Below are positions 54,352 through 63,991 of a stretch of DNA of 64,000 bases, piece by piece. A program made the translations under genes and the position numbers. The DNA lies in assembly GCA_028821235.1 (NCBI GenBank), contig JAPPGV010000089.1, positions 93,839 to 157,838 on the forward strand, given 5' to 3'. Position 1 is the first letter of the stretch, and each line of letters starts with the position of its first letter. The notes beneath the pieces are model-generated. The model saw only the letters and a list, made by a program, of their open reading frames with translations, was not told the DNA's origin and did no database searches. Source of the stretch: a bacterium (lineage in GTDB: Bacteria > Actinomycetota > Acidimicrobiia > Spongiisociales > Spongiisociaceae).

Positions 54352-55283
54352 ACGACATCCTCGGCGCCCTTGGCGACATTTTCTCCAGTCCCGCCATGTA
54401 CGGGAGCGCCGTCAGGCTCGGAGTGTTCCTGGCGTTCGCCGCCCTCGGCGAACTGGTGGCCGAGAAGGCGGGAACCATCAACATATCGGTGGAAGGCTCC
54501 CTGCTGGCGGGCGCGTTGGGCGGGACGATGGCCTACGACCTGTCCGGTTCGACCGTCCTCGGCCTGACCGCGGGAGCGGTGGCCGGGGTGTTGGTCGCGA
54601 TGGTGGCGGCCAACATGAGCCACCGGCTCACCGCCGATCAGTTCGTGGTGGGAATCACGGTCAACGTTCTCGTGCTGGGCCTGGCCGGGTTCCTGGACGC
54701 GACGGTCGGCCCCCTCGGAGGGCGGGCCGGGGTGGTCACCATCCCGCTCCTGTCGCGCATACCCGTGATCGGTCAGGCGCTGTTCAGCCAGACCTGGCCC
54801 ACGTACCTGCTGTACGGGCTGATTCCGCTGACCTGGTGGCTGCTCTACCGGACTCGGTGGGGTTTGGAGGTGAGGTCCGCGGGCGAGAATCCCCAGGCCG
54901 CCGACGTCTCCGGGGTGGACGTCAACGGCCGCCGCCGCCAAGCCATCTACTACGGCGGAGTCCTTTCCGGCCTGGGAGGAGCGTTCCTGATCCTGGGTCA
55001 GGTGGGAAGCTTCGACGTCGGCGTGGTCGGCGGCCGGGGCTTCATCGCCATCGCCGCCGTCTACTTCGGTGGGTGGACGCTGCGGGGCACGCTGATAGGC
55101 GCGCTCCTGTTCGGGATGGCGGATGCCTTCCGCCTGGCCGTGCCGGTGCTGGGCTACCAGGTGAACGCCCAGCTCCTGGCGGCTCTTCCCTATCTCCTCA
55201 CGCTGGTCGTCATGTACTTCATCACCAAACGGTTCGTCCAGCCGGCCGCACTCGCCAGACCATTCGTGCGCGGCCTGCGCTAG
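54348..55283 (+). CDS. ABC transporter permease (BMP-type system, permease 2)
   Basis: 311 aa polytopic membrane protein. 4-nt overlap with permease 1. Confidence 0.8.
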   Translation: MNDILGALGDIFSSPAMYGSAVRLGVFLAFAALGELVAEKAGTINISVEGSLLAGALGGTMAYDLSGSTVLGLTAGAVAGVLVAMVAANMSHRLTADQFVVGITVNVLVLGLAGFLDATVGPLGGRAGVVTIPLLSRIPVIGQALFSQTWPTYLLYGLIPLTWWLLYRTRWGLEVRSAGENPQAADVSGVDVNGRRRQAIYYGGVLSGLGGAFLILGQVGSFDVGVVGGRGFIAIAAVYFGGWTLRGTLIGALLFGMADAFRLAVPVLGYQVNAQLLAALPYLLTLVVMYFITKRFVQPAALARPFVRGLR

Positions 55284-55327
55284 CTGATCCGTCGGCGGCC
55301 CCATCCCGTCTCGTATCCTCCAAAGCG

Positions 55328-56038
55328 ATGTTCTCGTACGACCATGAGGTGCCGGCCAGGTTCCCGACCATCCGAGCCGGCGTCGTCCATGCCGACGGGT
55401 TGGTCAACGGCCCGAGTCCCGACGCTCTCCGGAAGGCTTTCCAGCAGCAGCAGGCTGTCTCGCTGGACCGATTCCGCGGTACGCCCATTTCGGAGGTCCC
55501 CTCGATCGTCGCCTGGAGGAGGACCTTCTCGGCCTTCGGTGTGCAGCCGACCCGGTACCGCAACGCCGCCGAAGCGTTGATCCGGCGCCTCACCAAGGCG
55601 GGTGACATCCCGTCGATCAACTGCCTGGTGGACATCGCCAACCTGGTGTCGATCCGGTACGGGTTGCCGGTCGCGGCGATGGATCAGGAACGGGTTGCGG
55701 GGTCGACCACCGTTCGCTTTGCCCAGGGAGACGAGCGTTTCAACGATCTGGGCAGTTCCAGGACCACCTCGCCCGAGGTGGGAGAGGTCATCTTCGTAGA
55801 CCGGGTGGGCACGGTGTCGGCGCGCCGCTGGTGCTGGCGGCAGAGCGCTCAGAGCGCCACCGGTCCGGACACGGTGGAGGCCCTGTACACCGTGGAGGGT
55901 CATCACGAGGGCGCCGAGGAGGACGTTGCTTCCGCCACCCGCGATCTGGTGGCACTCCTCGAGGCCCACCAGCCGCAGGCCCGGATCGAGTCGGCACGGC
56001 TCTCGCCATCCCGGCCACGGTACGAGCCTGACCACTAG
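55328..56038 (+). CDS. B3/4-domain-containing protein (Phe-tRNA-synthetase-beta-like B3/B4 domain), function unknown
   Basis: Start at internal ATG 55328 (MFSYDHEVPARFP...). The track ORF 54290-56038 overlaps the permease and is spurious upstream. The motif IPSINCLVDIANLVSIRYGLPVAAMD is typical of stand-alone B3/4 domain proteins. Confidence 0.5.
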   Translation: MFSYDHEVPARFPTIRAGVVHADGLVNGPSPDALRKAFQQQQAVSLDRFRGTPISEVPSIVAWRRTFSAFGVQPTRYRNAAEALIRRLTKAGDIPSINCLVDIANLVSIRYGLPVAAMDQERVAGSTTVRFAQGDERFNDLGSSRTTSPEVGEVIFVDRVGTVSARRWCWRQSAQSATGPDTVEALYTVEGHHEGAEEDVASATRDLVALLEAHQPQARIESARLSPSRPRYEPDH

Positions 56039-56130
56039 GAAGCGTGTACCGCCCGAGCAGGCCGGTGCGTCCTCAAGCGCCGCCTCACTCGGTAGCATTC
56101 GGTGTACACCAGCATCGAACGGAGCGCACG

Positions 56131-56637
56131 ATGGCACTAGCCGAACGGATGGAGAGGGCACTCAACGATCAGATCACCTGCGAGCTCAGCGCGTCTCTCG
56201 CCTACCTCCAGATGGCTGCCTACTTCGAGGCGGACGAACGTCCCGGCATGGCCTCGTGGATGGCCGCGCAGTCCGAGGAGGAGGCCGGCCACGCCCGGAT
56301 GTTCATCGACTACGTCGTGGACCGGGACGGGCGGGTGGAGATAGGCGCCATCGACGCTCCTGTCTCCAAGTTCGACAGCCCTCTACACGTGTTCGAGGAG
56401 GCCCTGCGGCACGAACAGTTCGTAACCGGGAGGATACGGAACCTCTACCGGCTGGCGACCGAGTTGGGCGACCTGGAGAGCCTGCCGTTTCTGCAGGGCT
56501 TCCTGGTGGAGCAGGTGGAGGAGGAGGCGTTGGTCTCCGGGATACGCGAGCGTATCGGTCGCCTGGAGGGCAACGAGGTCGGCCTGGCGCTGATCGAGGC
56601 CGAGCTGGGCGGACGCGCCGGAGCGGACGAGGAGTGA
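56131..56637 (+). CDS. ferritin (non-heme bacterial ferritin, Ftn-like)
   Basis: Start at internal ATG 56131 (GGAG SD). MALAERMERALNDQITCELSASLAYLQMAAYFE matches the ferritin N-terminal consensus. Ferroxidase-centre Glu/His residues are present. Confidence 0.85.
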   Translation: MALAERMERALNDQITCELSASLAYLQMAAYFEADERPGMASWMAAQSEEEAGHARMFIDYVVDRDGRVEIGAIDAPVSKFDSPLHVFEEALRHEQFVTGRIRNLYRLATELGDLESLPFLQGFLVEQVEEEALVSGIRERIGRLEGNEVGLALIEAELGGRAGADEE

Positions 56638-56813
56638 AGCGGGCCGGATAGCCCGGCTCCCGTACTACTCTCGCCTGTTGGTGGTCGTAGAAGGCATTTG
56701 GGCTCGTCGTCCGTGCTGCCAGTGGTCTGTCCATTTCACAGACACACCACCGAGAATCAAGGGCCGGGCCTGATGCCGCGCGGTCTCGCCGGTAGTCGAC
56801 AGGACATTGAGCG

Positions 56814-57812
56814 ATGAAAGAGATCATCCACGCGACCGGACTGGTCAAGCGTTACGGGGAGGTGGTGGCCCTCGACGGCCTGGACCTGTCGGTGCGGGAG
56901 GGGACCATCGTCGCCCTGCTCGGGCCGAACGGGGCCGGCAAGACCACCGCGGTATCGGTCCTCACCACCCTGATCGAGCCCGACGAGGGCGCCGCCACGG
57001 TGGCGGGTATCGACGTGCTGAGCGATCCGGCGGAGGTCCGCAAGCTGATCGGCCTCTCCGGCCAGTACGCCGCGGTCGACCAGGACCTGACCGGCTTCGA
57101 GAACCTGGACATGATCGGGTGTCTCTACCACCTCGGCCGGAAGAAGGCGAGGTCCCGGGCCCGGGAGCTCCTGGACAGGTTCGATCTGGCCGACGCAGCC
57201 GACCGGCCCGTCAAGACCTACTCGGGAGGCATGAGGCGGCGACTCGACCTGGCCGGGGCGCTGGTGGCGGAGTCGCCGGTGCTGTTCCTGGACGAGCCCA
57301 CAACCGGCCTGGACCTCATCAGCCGCAGGGAGCTGTGGGGGCTGATCCGCACCCTGGTCGATCAGGGAGCCACGCTGCTCCTCACCACCCAGTACCTGGA
57401 GGAAGCCGACCGGCTGGCCGATGACGTCCTGGTCATCGACAAGGGCAAGACCATTGCCCATGGCACGGTTGACGAATTGAAAGACATGGTGGGCGGCGAG
57501 CGAATCGCGGTCAAGGTGACCAACCGGGATGACCTACCTGCGGCCCACGAGATACTGGGTCGGGCGGCGGTTGGAGAGCTGCAGGGCGACGAACGGTCCC
57601 GCACGGTGGTCGCGCCCGTGTCGGGCGGCACCAGAGAGCTGGCCGGGGTGCTGGAGGCCTTCGAGAGTCACCGGGTCCGGATCAGCGAGGTGGTGCTCCG
57701 CCGTCCGACTCTCGACGACGTGTTCCTGGCGCTGACCGGTGCTTCCGCGGAGTCCGGCGAGGAAACGCCGCCGCCTGCCAAGCCGGGCCGGAGGGGAAGG
57801 GGATCGCGATGA
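56814..57812 (+). CDS. ABC transporter ATP-binding protein (ABC-2/DrrA-like exporter)
   Basis: 332 aa. Walker A GPNGAGKTT, signature YSGGMRRRL, Walker B LFLDEPTTGLD. Confidence 0.9.
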   Translation: MKEIIHATGLVKRYGEVVALDGLDLSVREGTIVALLGPNGAGKTTAVSVLTTLIEPDEGAATVAGIDVLSDPAEVRKLIGLSGQYAAVDQDLTGFENLDMIGCLYHLGRKKARSRARELLDRFDLADAADRPVKTYSGGMRRRLDLAGALVAESPVLFLDEPTTGLDLISRRELWGLIRTLVDQGATLLLTTQYLEEADRLADDVLVIDKGKTIAHGTVDELKDMVGGERIAVKVTNRDDLPAAHEILGRAAVGELQGDERSRTVVAPVSGGTRELAGVLEAFESHRVRISEVVLRRPTLDDVFLALTGASAESGEETPPPAKPGRRGRGSR

Positions 57813-58612
57813 ACTTCCTGTCAGCCCTCGGCGACGGCCTGGTCATCGCCCGCCGCAACCTCATCAAGCTCAAGCGGGTGCCCGACGTGCTGGTGTTCGT
57901 GCTGCTCTCACCGATCATGTTCGTCCTGCTGTTCGCCTACGTGTTCGGAAGCGCCATCGACATCCCGGGCGGGTCCTACCGGGAGTTCCTCATGGCCGGG
58001 ATCTTCGGACAGACCGTGGTGTTCGGCGCCACCTTCACCGGCGCCGGCCTCGCCGAGGACATGCAGAAGGGCATCATCGACAGGTTCCGTTCACTGCCCA
58101 TGTCGCGGGCGGCGGTGGTGTTCGGACGGACCGCCAGCGATGTGGTCTACAACATCATCACGCTGACCGTCATGGCGACAGCCGGACTCATCGTGGGATG
58201 GCGCGTCAGGGGAAGCCTGCTCGACGCTCTGGCCGGCTTCCTGCTGCTGCTCCTGTTCGCCTACTCCGTCTCCTGGATAATGGCCCTGCTCGGCCTGTCG
58301 GTGCCCAGCCCGGAGGTGCTCAACAACGCCTCCTTCATCGTGATCTTCCCGATGACGTTCATCGCCAACACGTTCGTGCCGGCCGAGAGCCTTCCAACGG
58401 TGCTGAGGGTGTTCGCCGAGTGGAACCCGATCTCGTCCCTGGTCCAGGCGACCAGAGAGCTGTTCGGGAACATCCCACCGGGAACCCCCGAACCGGCCTC
58501 CTGGGCGCTGCAGAATCCGGTTATCTACACCGTGTCCTGCGCCTGCCTGATCATCGCCGTATTCGCCCCCCTGGCAGTCCGCCGCTACATCCGGGTGGCC
58601 AAGAAGACTTAG
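57809..58612 (+). CDS. ABC-2 type transporter permease (DrrB-like)
   Basis: 267 aa with 6 TM segments. 4-nt overlap with the upstream ATPase. Confidence 0.8.
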   Translation: MNFLSALGDGLVIARRNLIKLKRVPDVLVFVLLSPIMFVLLFAYVFGSAIDIPGGSYREFLMAGIFGQTVVFGATFTGAGLAEDMQKGIIDRFRSLPMSRAAVVFGRTASDVVYNIITLTVMATAGLIVGWRVRGSLLDALAGFLLLLLFAYSVSWIMALLGLSVPSPEVLNNASFIVIFPMTFIANTFVPAESLPTVLRVFAEWNPISSLVQATRELFGNIPPGTPEPASWALQNPVIYTVSCACLIIAVFAPLAVRRYIRVAKKT

Positions 58613-58648
58613 AAGAGACGACCGGTCTGTAGATGGCGGGGTTTTGGT

Positions 58649-60331
58649 TTGATGCCGTCCCCTGGTGATACTGGCCGATTGATGCGGGACTCGACGCCTC
58701 TGGCGGCCATCGACGTGGGGACCAACTCCGTGCACATGGTGATAGCCCGGCCGGTGGATGGTGGGACTCCGGAGGTTCTGGCCCGTGAGAAGTTGTCGGT
58801 TCGCCTCGGGCAGGGCGCCACCGACATGAAGCACTTGGGCCATGACGCCATCGAGCGGGCGGTGGCGGCCCTCACCGAGTTCCGGCACATCGCGGACGCC
58901 TACGGCGCCGAAGTGGTGGCGGTAGCCACCAGCGCGGCCCGGGAGGCCGAGAACCGGACCGACTTCCAGCGACAGGTGCGGGACGAGACCGGGGTGGACG
59001 TCGAGGTGATCTCGGGAGTGGAGGAGGCGCGGCTCATCCACCTCGGGGCGTTGAGCGCGGTGCCGGCGGCCGGACGGCCCCACCTGGTCATCGACATCGG
59101 CGGGGGATCGACCGAGCTGATCGTGGCCACCGACACCGAGCCCCACCTGGTACGCAGCGTCAAGCTCGGGCATATGCGGCTCACCGAGCGCTTCTTTCCG
59201 GGCGGGATCATCCGCGACGGGGCGGTGGAGGAGTGTCGCCGGCACATCCGTTCCTTCGTGGCGCCGGAGGCCCGCCGGGCCAGGGCTATCGGCTTCGATC
59301 TTGCGGTGGGATGTTCGGGGACGATCGCCGCGCTGGCGTCCATGTCCGCATCGAGCCGGGGCAAGCGGCCCCGAAGCTTGGCCAACACCACCATCGACCG
59401 GAAGGAACTCGACTGGACGGTGGCGGCGGTTCTGGCTCGGGCGCACCCAGACGACCGCAAGGGCCTCACCGGCCTCGAGCCGGCCCGTCGGGATGTGATC
59501 GTCGGAGGAGCCGTCCTGCTGAGCCAGCTGTTCGAAGACCTGGGGATCGAGTCTCTGGTCATATCGACAGGCGCCCTGCGCGAGGGGGTTCTTCTCGACA
59601 GGTTCAGCCGGCGGGAGGAGTCGCTATCCGATCGACTCCACCATCTCGGCGACCTCCGGCGGAGCAGCGTCCTGGCCCTGGCCCGGAGTTATGACGAGGA
59701 TCTCATCCATGTCGAACACGCCACGGAGTTGGCCCTGCAGCTGTTCGACGAGACCCAACATGTTCATGGCTTGGGCGCGAGCGATAGCGAACTGCTGGAG
59801 GCGGCGGGATTGCTCCACAACATCGGGCGTTTTGTGGCCAACTCCGCCCATCACCGCCACTCGTACTATTTGATCCGTCACAGCGAGCGCCTGGCCGGAT
59901 TCACGGCCGGCGAGCTAGAGCTGATCGCCCTGGTGGCCCGCTACCACCGCAAGAGTGCTCCCCGCAGGAGGCATTCGCGCTTCAGTGCCCTGAGCCGATC
60001 CGACCGGCGCAAGGTTCGGTTGCTGGCCGGTATGTTGCGAGTCGGAATCGGGCTTGACCGCACCTACAGGCGGGCGGTGGAGTGCGTTCATGCCCGGTTC
60101 AACGGTGACACCATCACCATCGATGTGGAGGCGGCGGACGGGATGGATGTGGAGATCGAGATGTTCAGCGCCAAGGCCCGGTCGAGCCTGCTTGCCGATG
60201 CGCTGGGCCACCGGGTGGAGTTCAGGACGGCCGATCCGTGCGGAGCTCCGGGTGGCAGGGCCGGGGCCCAGCAACGCCATCCGTCGGCGTTCGGGGCGGA
60301 GGAGCGGGTCAGTAGCCCCCCAGCCGTCTGA
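58649..60331 (+). CDS. Ppx/GppA family exopolyphosphatase / guanosine pentaphosphate phosphohydrolase with C-terminal HD domain
   Basis: 560 aa. N-terminal AAIDVGTNSVHMVIA (ASKHA phosphate-1 motif), DIGGGSTE, and C-terminal HD-domain motif (LLHNIGRFV...HHRHSYYLI). The start is ATG 58649 or 58682. Confidence 0.85.
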   Translation: MMPSPGDTGRLMRDSTPLAAIDVGTNSVHMVIARPVDGGTPEVLAREKLSVRLGQGATDMKHLGHDAIERAVAALTEFRHIADAYGAEVVAVATSAAREAENRTDFQRQVRDETGVDVEVISGVEEARLIHLGALSAVPAAGRPHLVIDIGGGSTELIVATDTEPHLVRSVKLGHMRLTERFFPGGIIRDGAVEECRRHIRSFVAPEARRARAIGFDLAVGCSGTIAALASMSASSRGKRPRSLANTTIDRKELDWTVAAVLARAHPDDRKGLTGLEPARRDVIVGGAVLLSQLFEDLGIESLVISTGALREGVLLDRFSRREESLSDRLHHLGDLRRSSVLALARSYDEDLIHVEHATELALQLFDETQHVHGLGASDSELLEAAGLLHNIGRFVANSAHHRHSYYLIRHSERLAGFTAGELELIALVARYHRKSAPRRRHSRFSALSRSDRRKVRLLAGMLRVGIGLDRTYRRAVECVHARFNGDTITIDVEAADGMDVEIEMFSAKARSSLLADALGHRVEFRTADPCGAPGGRAGAQQRHPSAFGAEERVSSPPAV

Positions 60332-61715
60332 TCCCGTCCAGAGCGGCGGTGGTGTATGCCTCGGCGAGGGTGGGATAACCGATCACCGACTCCACGAAGT
60401 AGTCGATGGTTCCTCCGTAGGCGATGACAGCCTGGCCGATGTGGATCAGTTCGGCGGCGTTCTCGCCCACGATGTGCACCCCGAGGATCTGCCGGGTCTT
60501 CAGATGGAACAGCAGCTTGAGGAATCCGACGTCGTCGCCTCGCATCAGGCTGCTCTCCGTCTCTCGGTAGCGAGCCTTGCCCACCTCGAAGGGGACGCCT
60601 TCCTCGTTGAGCTGGTCCTCGGTCTTGCCCACCATGGCCACCTCGGGAATGGTCTTGATGGTGTAGGGGAGGAGGTCCTGGAAGTCCTCGCGCTCGATCC
60701 CGAACGCATGGCGGGCGGCCAGGCGCCCCTGCATGCGGGAGGTCGAGACCAGGTCGGGGAACCCGATCACCCCACCCACCGCGTAGACGCCCTCGACGCT
60801 GGTCTGGTAGTTCTCGTCGACGCTGAGGCGGCCGCGTGCGTCCGCTTCCAGCCCGATCGCCTCGAGGTTGAGCGAAGCCGTACAGCCCGTCCGTCCCACG
60901 CAGTACATGACGGCGTCGCTGATGATCTGCTTGCCGCTCTCGAGCTGTACCCGCACCCGGTCACCCACCTCGTCCCTCATGTAGTCGATGTCGAACACCA
61001 CCTCGGTCAGGCGCAGGGTCACGCCGGTCTGGCGCATGTGGTAGGCGAGCGTGTCGGCGAGCTCCTCATCGGCGAAGGTGAGCAGGCGATGGTTCCGGTC
61101 AACCAGGGTCACCCGGATACCGAGCGCGGCGAACGTGCTGGTGTATTCCAGCCCAATGGCGCCCGCGCCGACGATGGTCAGCGTACGGGGCAGCTTCGGC
61201 AGGCTGAGCATGTGATCGCTCACGAAGACCAGCCGCCCGTCGGCGTAGACGACCGGAGGCTCGGTGGAGTAGGAGCCGACTGCGATCACCACCTTGTCGG
61301 CGGTGATGGTGCGTTCCGTCCGGTTCTCCTCGGACCTCACCCTCAGGGTGTGGCGGTCGACGAATGAGCCCTCGCCGATGATCGTCTCCACCCGGTTGTG
61401 GGCGAGCTGGCTCTGCAGGATGTCCGACTGCTGCTGGATCACGTATCGGGTGCGCACCATCAGGTCGTCCATCGTGATGTTCTGCTTGACCGCGTAGGAC
61501 TGGCCGTAGATGTTGCGTTCCCGGTAGCCCGTGAGGTAGAGGACCGCATCCCGCATCGTCTTGCTGACCGTGCCGGCGTAGATGTTGATACCGCCGATGC
61601 GGGGGGACTTCTCGAGGATGACGGTGCGTTTCCCGATCTCGGCCGCCTGGATGGCGGTCCGCTGACCGGCAGGCCCCGATCCGATGATCGCTAGGTCGTA
61701 GTCATAACCCGGCAT
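60309..61715 (-). CDS. sthA: soluble pyridine nucleotide transhydrogenase (Si-specific NAD(P)+ transhydrogenase)
   Basis: Start at MPGYDYDLAIIGSGPAG (ATG 61713-61715, AAAGGA SD). Near-collinear with the E. coli SthA consensus (MPHSYDYDAIVIGSGPGG ... IHIGQAI ... YPTMAEAYR). 468 aa. Confidence 0.85.
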   Translation of the reverse strand: MPGYDYDLAIIGSGPAGQRTAIQAAEIGKRTVILEKSPRIGGINIYAGTVSKTMRDAVLYLTGYRERNIYGQSYAVKQNITMDDLMVRTRYVIQQQSDILQSQLAHNRVETIIGEGSFVDRHTLRVRSEENRTERTITADKVVIAVGSYSTEPPVVYADGRLVFVSDHMLSLPKLPRTLTIVGAGAIGLEYTSTFAALGIRVTLVDRNHRLLTFADEELADTLAYHMRQTGVTLRLTEVVFDIDYMRDEVGDRVRVQLESGKQIISDAVMYCVGRTGCTASLNLEAIGLEADARGRLSVDENYQTSVEGVYAVGGVIGFPDLVSTSRMQGRLAARHAFGIEREDFQDLLPYTIKTIPEVAMVGKTEDQLNEEGVPFEVGKARYRETESSLMRGDDVGFLKLLFHLKTRQILGVHIVGENAAELIHIGQAVIAYGGTIDYFVESVIGYPTLAEAYTTAALDGIRRLGGY

Positions 61716-61907
61716 CGCCGATCCTTTCACCACCCGGCGCCCGCGGGCCCGGGATGCGCCATCTGCTTGTGAGGTACGAGGCTCCGAGCATCCATCAGCC
61801 TCGAACGTTGAGGGTAGCGCGCCAACCCGGCGGCGATGCCTGATCCGGCATCGGACCTGCTTCGCCGAAGGGCACGACTGGTGACGAGGCCGTGATCGTC
61901 TCCCGTC

Positions 61908-63269
61908 CTATAGCTCGAGGAGGGCTTGCTCCACCACCTCGGGCAGGGCCGGGTGGATGTAGTACTGGCCACGGGCCATCTGGTCGACGGTCAGGTCGAA
62001 GTGCATCCCCTGGATCAGCTGCTGGATGAGGGTGGAGGCCTGGGGCCCGATGATGTGGCCCCCGAGCAGCCGGCGGGTGTGGCGGTGGGCGATGACTTTG
62101 GCGGCGCTCTCGGTGTCCTCCAAGGCCCATCCGTAGCCGGCAGCCGAGTAGGGCTGGACATGGGACACGTAGGGGAGGCCCTGCTCCTGGCACTCGCGTT
62201 CGGTCAACCCCACTGCTGCGATCTGGGGATGGCCAAACACGGCATGGGGGATGAAGCGGTGATCGACCGTGATCGGCGAATCAGGATGGATCAGGTTGTG
62301 GCGGACCACCCGGGCTTCGTGGTTGGCCACGTGCTTGAGCTGGACCGGGTTGGTGATGTCGCCCAGGGCCCACACACCGTCCACGTTGGTACGGAGGTGG
62401 TCATCGGTGATCACCTGCCCCCGGTCGGCCACGGCGAGTCCCCCGGCGGCCGCGTCCACCAGGTCCGAATTGGGCCTCCGTCCCGTCGCGACCAGGAGCT
62501 CGTCGCCGCGCAGGTCAGCGGTGACCCCATCCCGGCCGGCCACCTGCAACACCACCTCGTCACCTTCCCGGCGGGCTCCGAGGATCCGGGTGTGGGTGCG
62601 CACATCGAACCGTTGCGAGTAGGCATCGGTGAAGCGGCGGCTGATCTCCGCGTCCTCCCGCCGCAGGAAGCTGTCTCCCCTCAGCAGGAACGTCACCCTC
62701 GACCCCAGCGCGCCCATGACACCCCCCAGTTCGGCGGCGATGTAGCCGGCGCCGATCACCAGCAGGCGCTCGGGTAGCCGATCCAGGCGCATGATCGTGT
62801 CGGAGGTGTGGTAGCCGACGCCGTCCAGGCCGGGTACGGGAGGAGCCACGGCTCGGGCGCCCGCCGCCAGCACGATCCGGTCGGCCGTGATCACTTCGTC
62901 GCCGACCTCCAGCTGCTTGGGGGCCACGAAGCGTCCGGTGACCGGGTACACAGTGACGTTGGGTGATCCTTCCCGGTAGTCGCGGCCCGCCTCGGCGATC
63001 GGGTCGATCCGGCCGAAGATGCGGTCCCTGACGGCGGGCCAGTCGACGCCGTTGAAGCTGGTGTGAACGCCCAGCCGGTCGCCGCCGGCTGCCAGTTCGG
63101 CGACTTCGGCGGTGTAGACGAACATCTTGGACGGGAGGCATCCGACGTTGAGGCAGGTTCCGCCGAACGGACCGTGTTCCACCATGGCGATGTCCCAATC
63201 GGCGTGCTCGGGCCCGATCACCGAATTGCCCGAGCCTGCGCCGATTACCAGCAGGTCGAAACTGCGCAC
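61908..63269 (-). CDS. mtr: mycothione reductase-like class I pyridine nucleotide-disulfide oxidoreductase
   Basis: 453 aa. [19 protein letters not shown]...[25 protein letters not shown] resembles the mycobacterial Mtr N-terminus and redox-active disulfide CLNVGC. C-terminal HP.L.E catalytic dyad region. Confidence 0.7.
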   Translation of the reverse strand: [453 protein letters not shown]

Positions 63270-63326
63270 GTTGTCCTCATCTCTCCGGGTAGATGCAATG
63301 TAGACGCGGCGGCCGGTTCAGCCGGA

Positions 63327-63773
63327 TCACTCGAACTCGGCCGGTGAGGCCCGGGCGGTCACCGTGACCGTTATCCCGCCGGCGGGAGCGAACATCCGCA
63401 TCAAGGTCAGCGGGACCGTCTCGGTTATCTCCACCACTATCTCCGACCGGCTCGCCTCAGGGGTGAGGCTCATCGAGTTGTCCCAGTCCGGCTGGTTCTC
63501 GGCGAACCGGCGGGCAGCTTCCTCGGCGACATCCGGATCCAGCACCAGCCTGTTCTCGTACAGGTCGGACTCGACCACCCTGGCGGCCCCGGCGACGGCC
63601 GACTTGTAGGCGATGCCGCTCAGGGTGCCGTGCCGGGAGAGCACCCGCCACAGATCGAGTGCGAGACCGCCCGCGAACAACAGCATCAGCAGCAACCCCA
63701 GGCTCCACAGCACGACAGCGCCTCGCTCACCGGCCGGTCCGGATCGGCCGGTCTGCTTTACGCGGCGCCTCAT
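63327..63773 (-). CDS. TadE/TadG-like Flp-pilus assembly (pseudopilin-like) protein
   Basis: Start at internal Met MRRRVKQTGRSG (ATG 63771-63773), overlapping the upstream stop (ATGA). N-terminal ERGAVVLWSLGLLLMLLFAGGLAL resembles the TadE-like motif. Confidence 0.45.
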   Translation of the reverse strand: MRRRVKQTGRSGPAGERGAVVLWSLGLLLMLLFAGGLALDLWRVLSRHGTLSGIAYKSAVAGAARVVESDLYENRLVLDPDVAEEAARRFAENQPDWDNSMSLTPEASRSEIVVEITETVPLTLMRMFAPAGGITVTVTARASPAEFE

Positions 63774-63991
63774 GGGCGCGGAATACTCCGGTACGGTTCC
63801 ATCTGCTCCCGGTAGCTGCTGGTGATCGTCCACGTGCCCAGCGTCCAGGATCCCATCACCTTGATGGCCGGTACGTCCAGCGATACCCGGGCGCTCACCA
63901 CCCCGCCCGGCGCCCAGGAGGTCCGGCAGTCGATCACAAGGTCGGGCGTACCGGGAGCCAGGCTCCGCTCGGCCAGGATCCGGCGGGCCAC
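63770..63991 (-). CDS. C-terminal fragment of a TadE-like/hypothetical secreted protein; 5' end probably beyond the window
   Basis: Open minus-strand frame ending TGA at 63770-63772. No N-terminal TM segment within the window, so the true start is likely upstream of 64000. Confidence 0.3.
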   Translation of the reverse strand: MARRILAERSLAPGTPDLVIDCRTSWAPGGVVSARVSLDVPAIKVMGSWTLGTWTITSSYREQMEPYRSIPRP

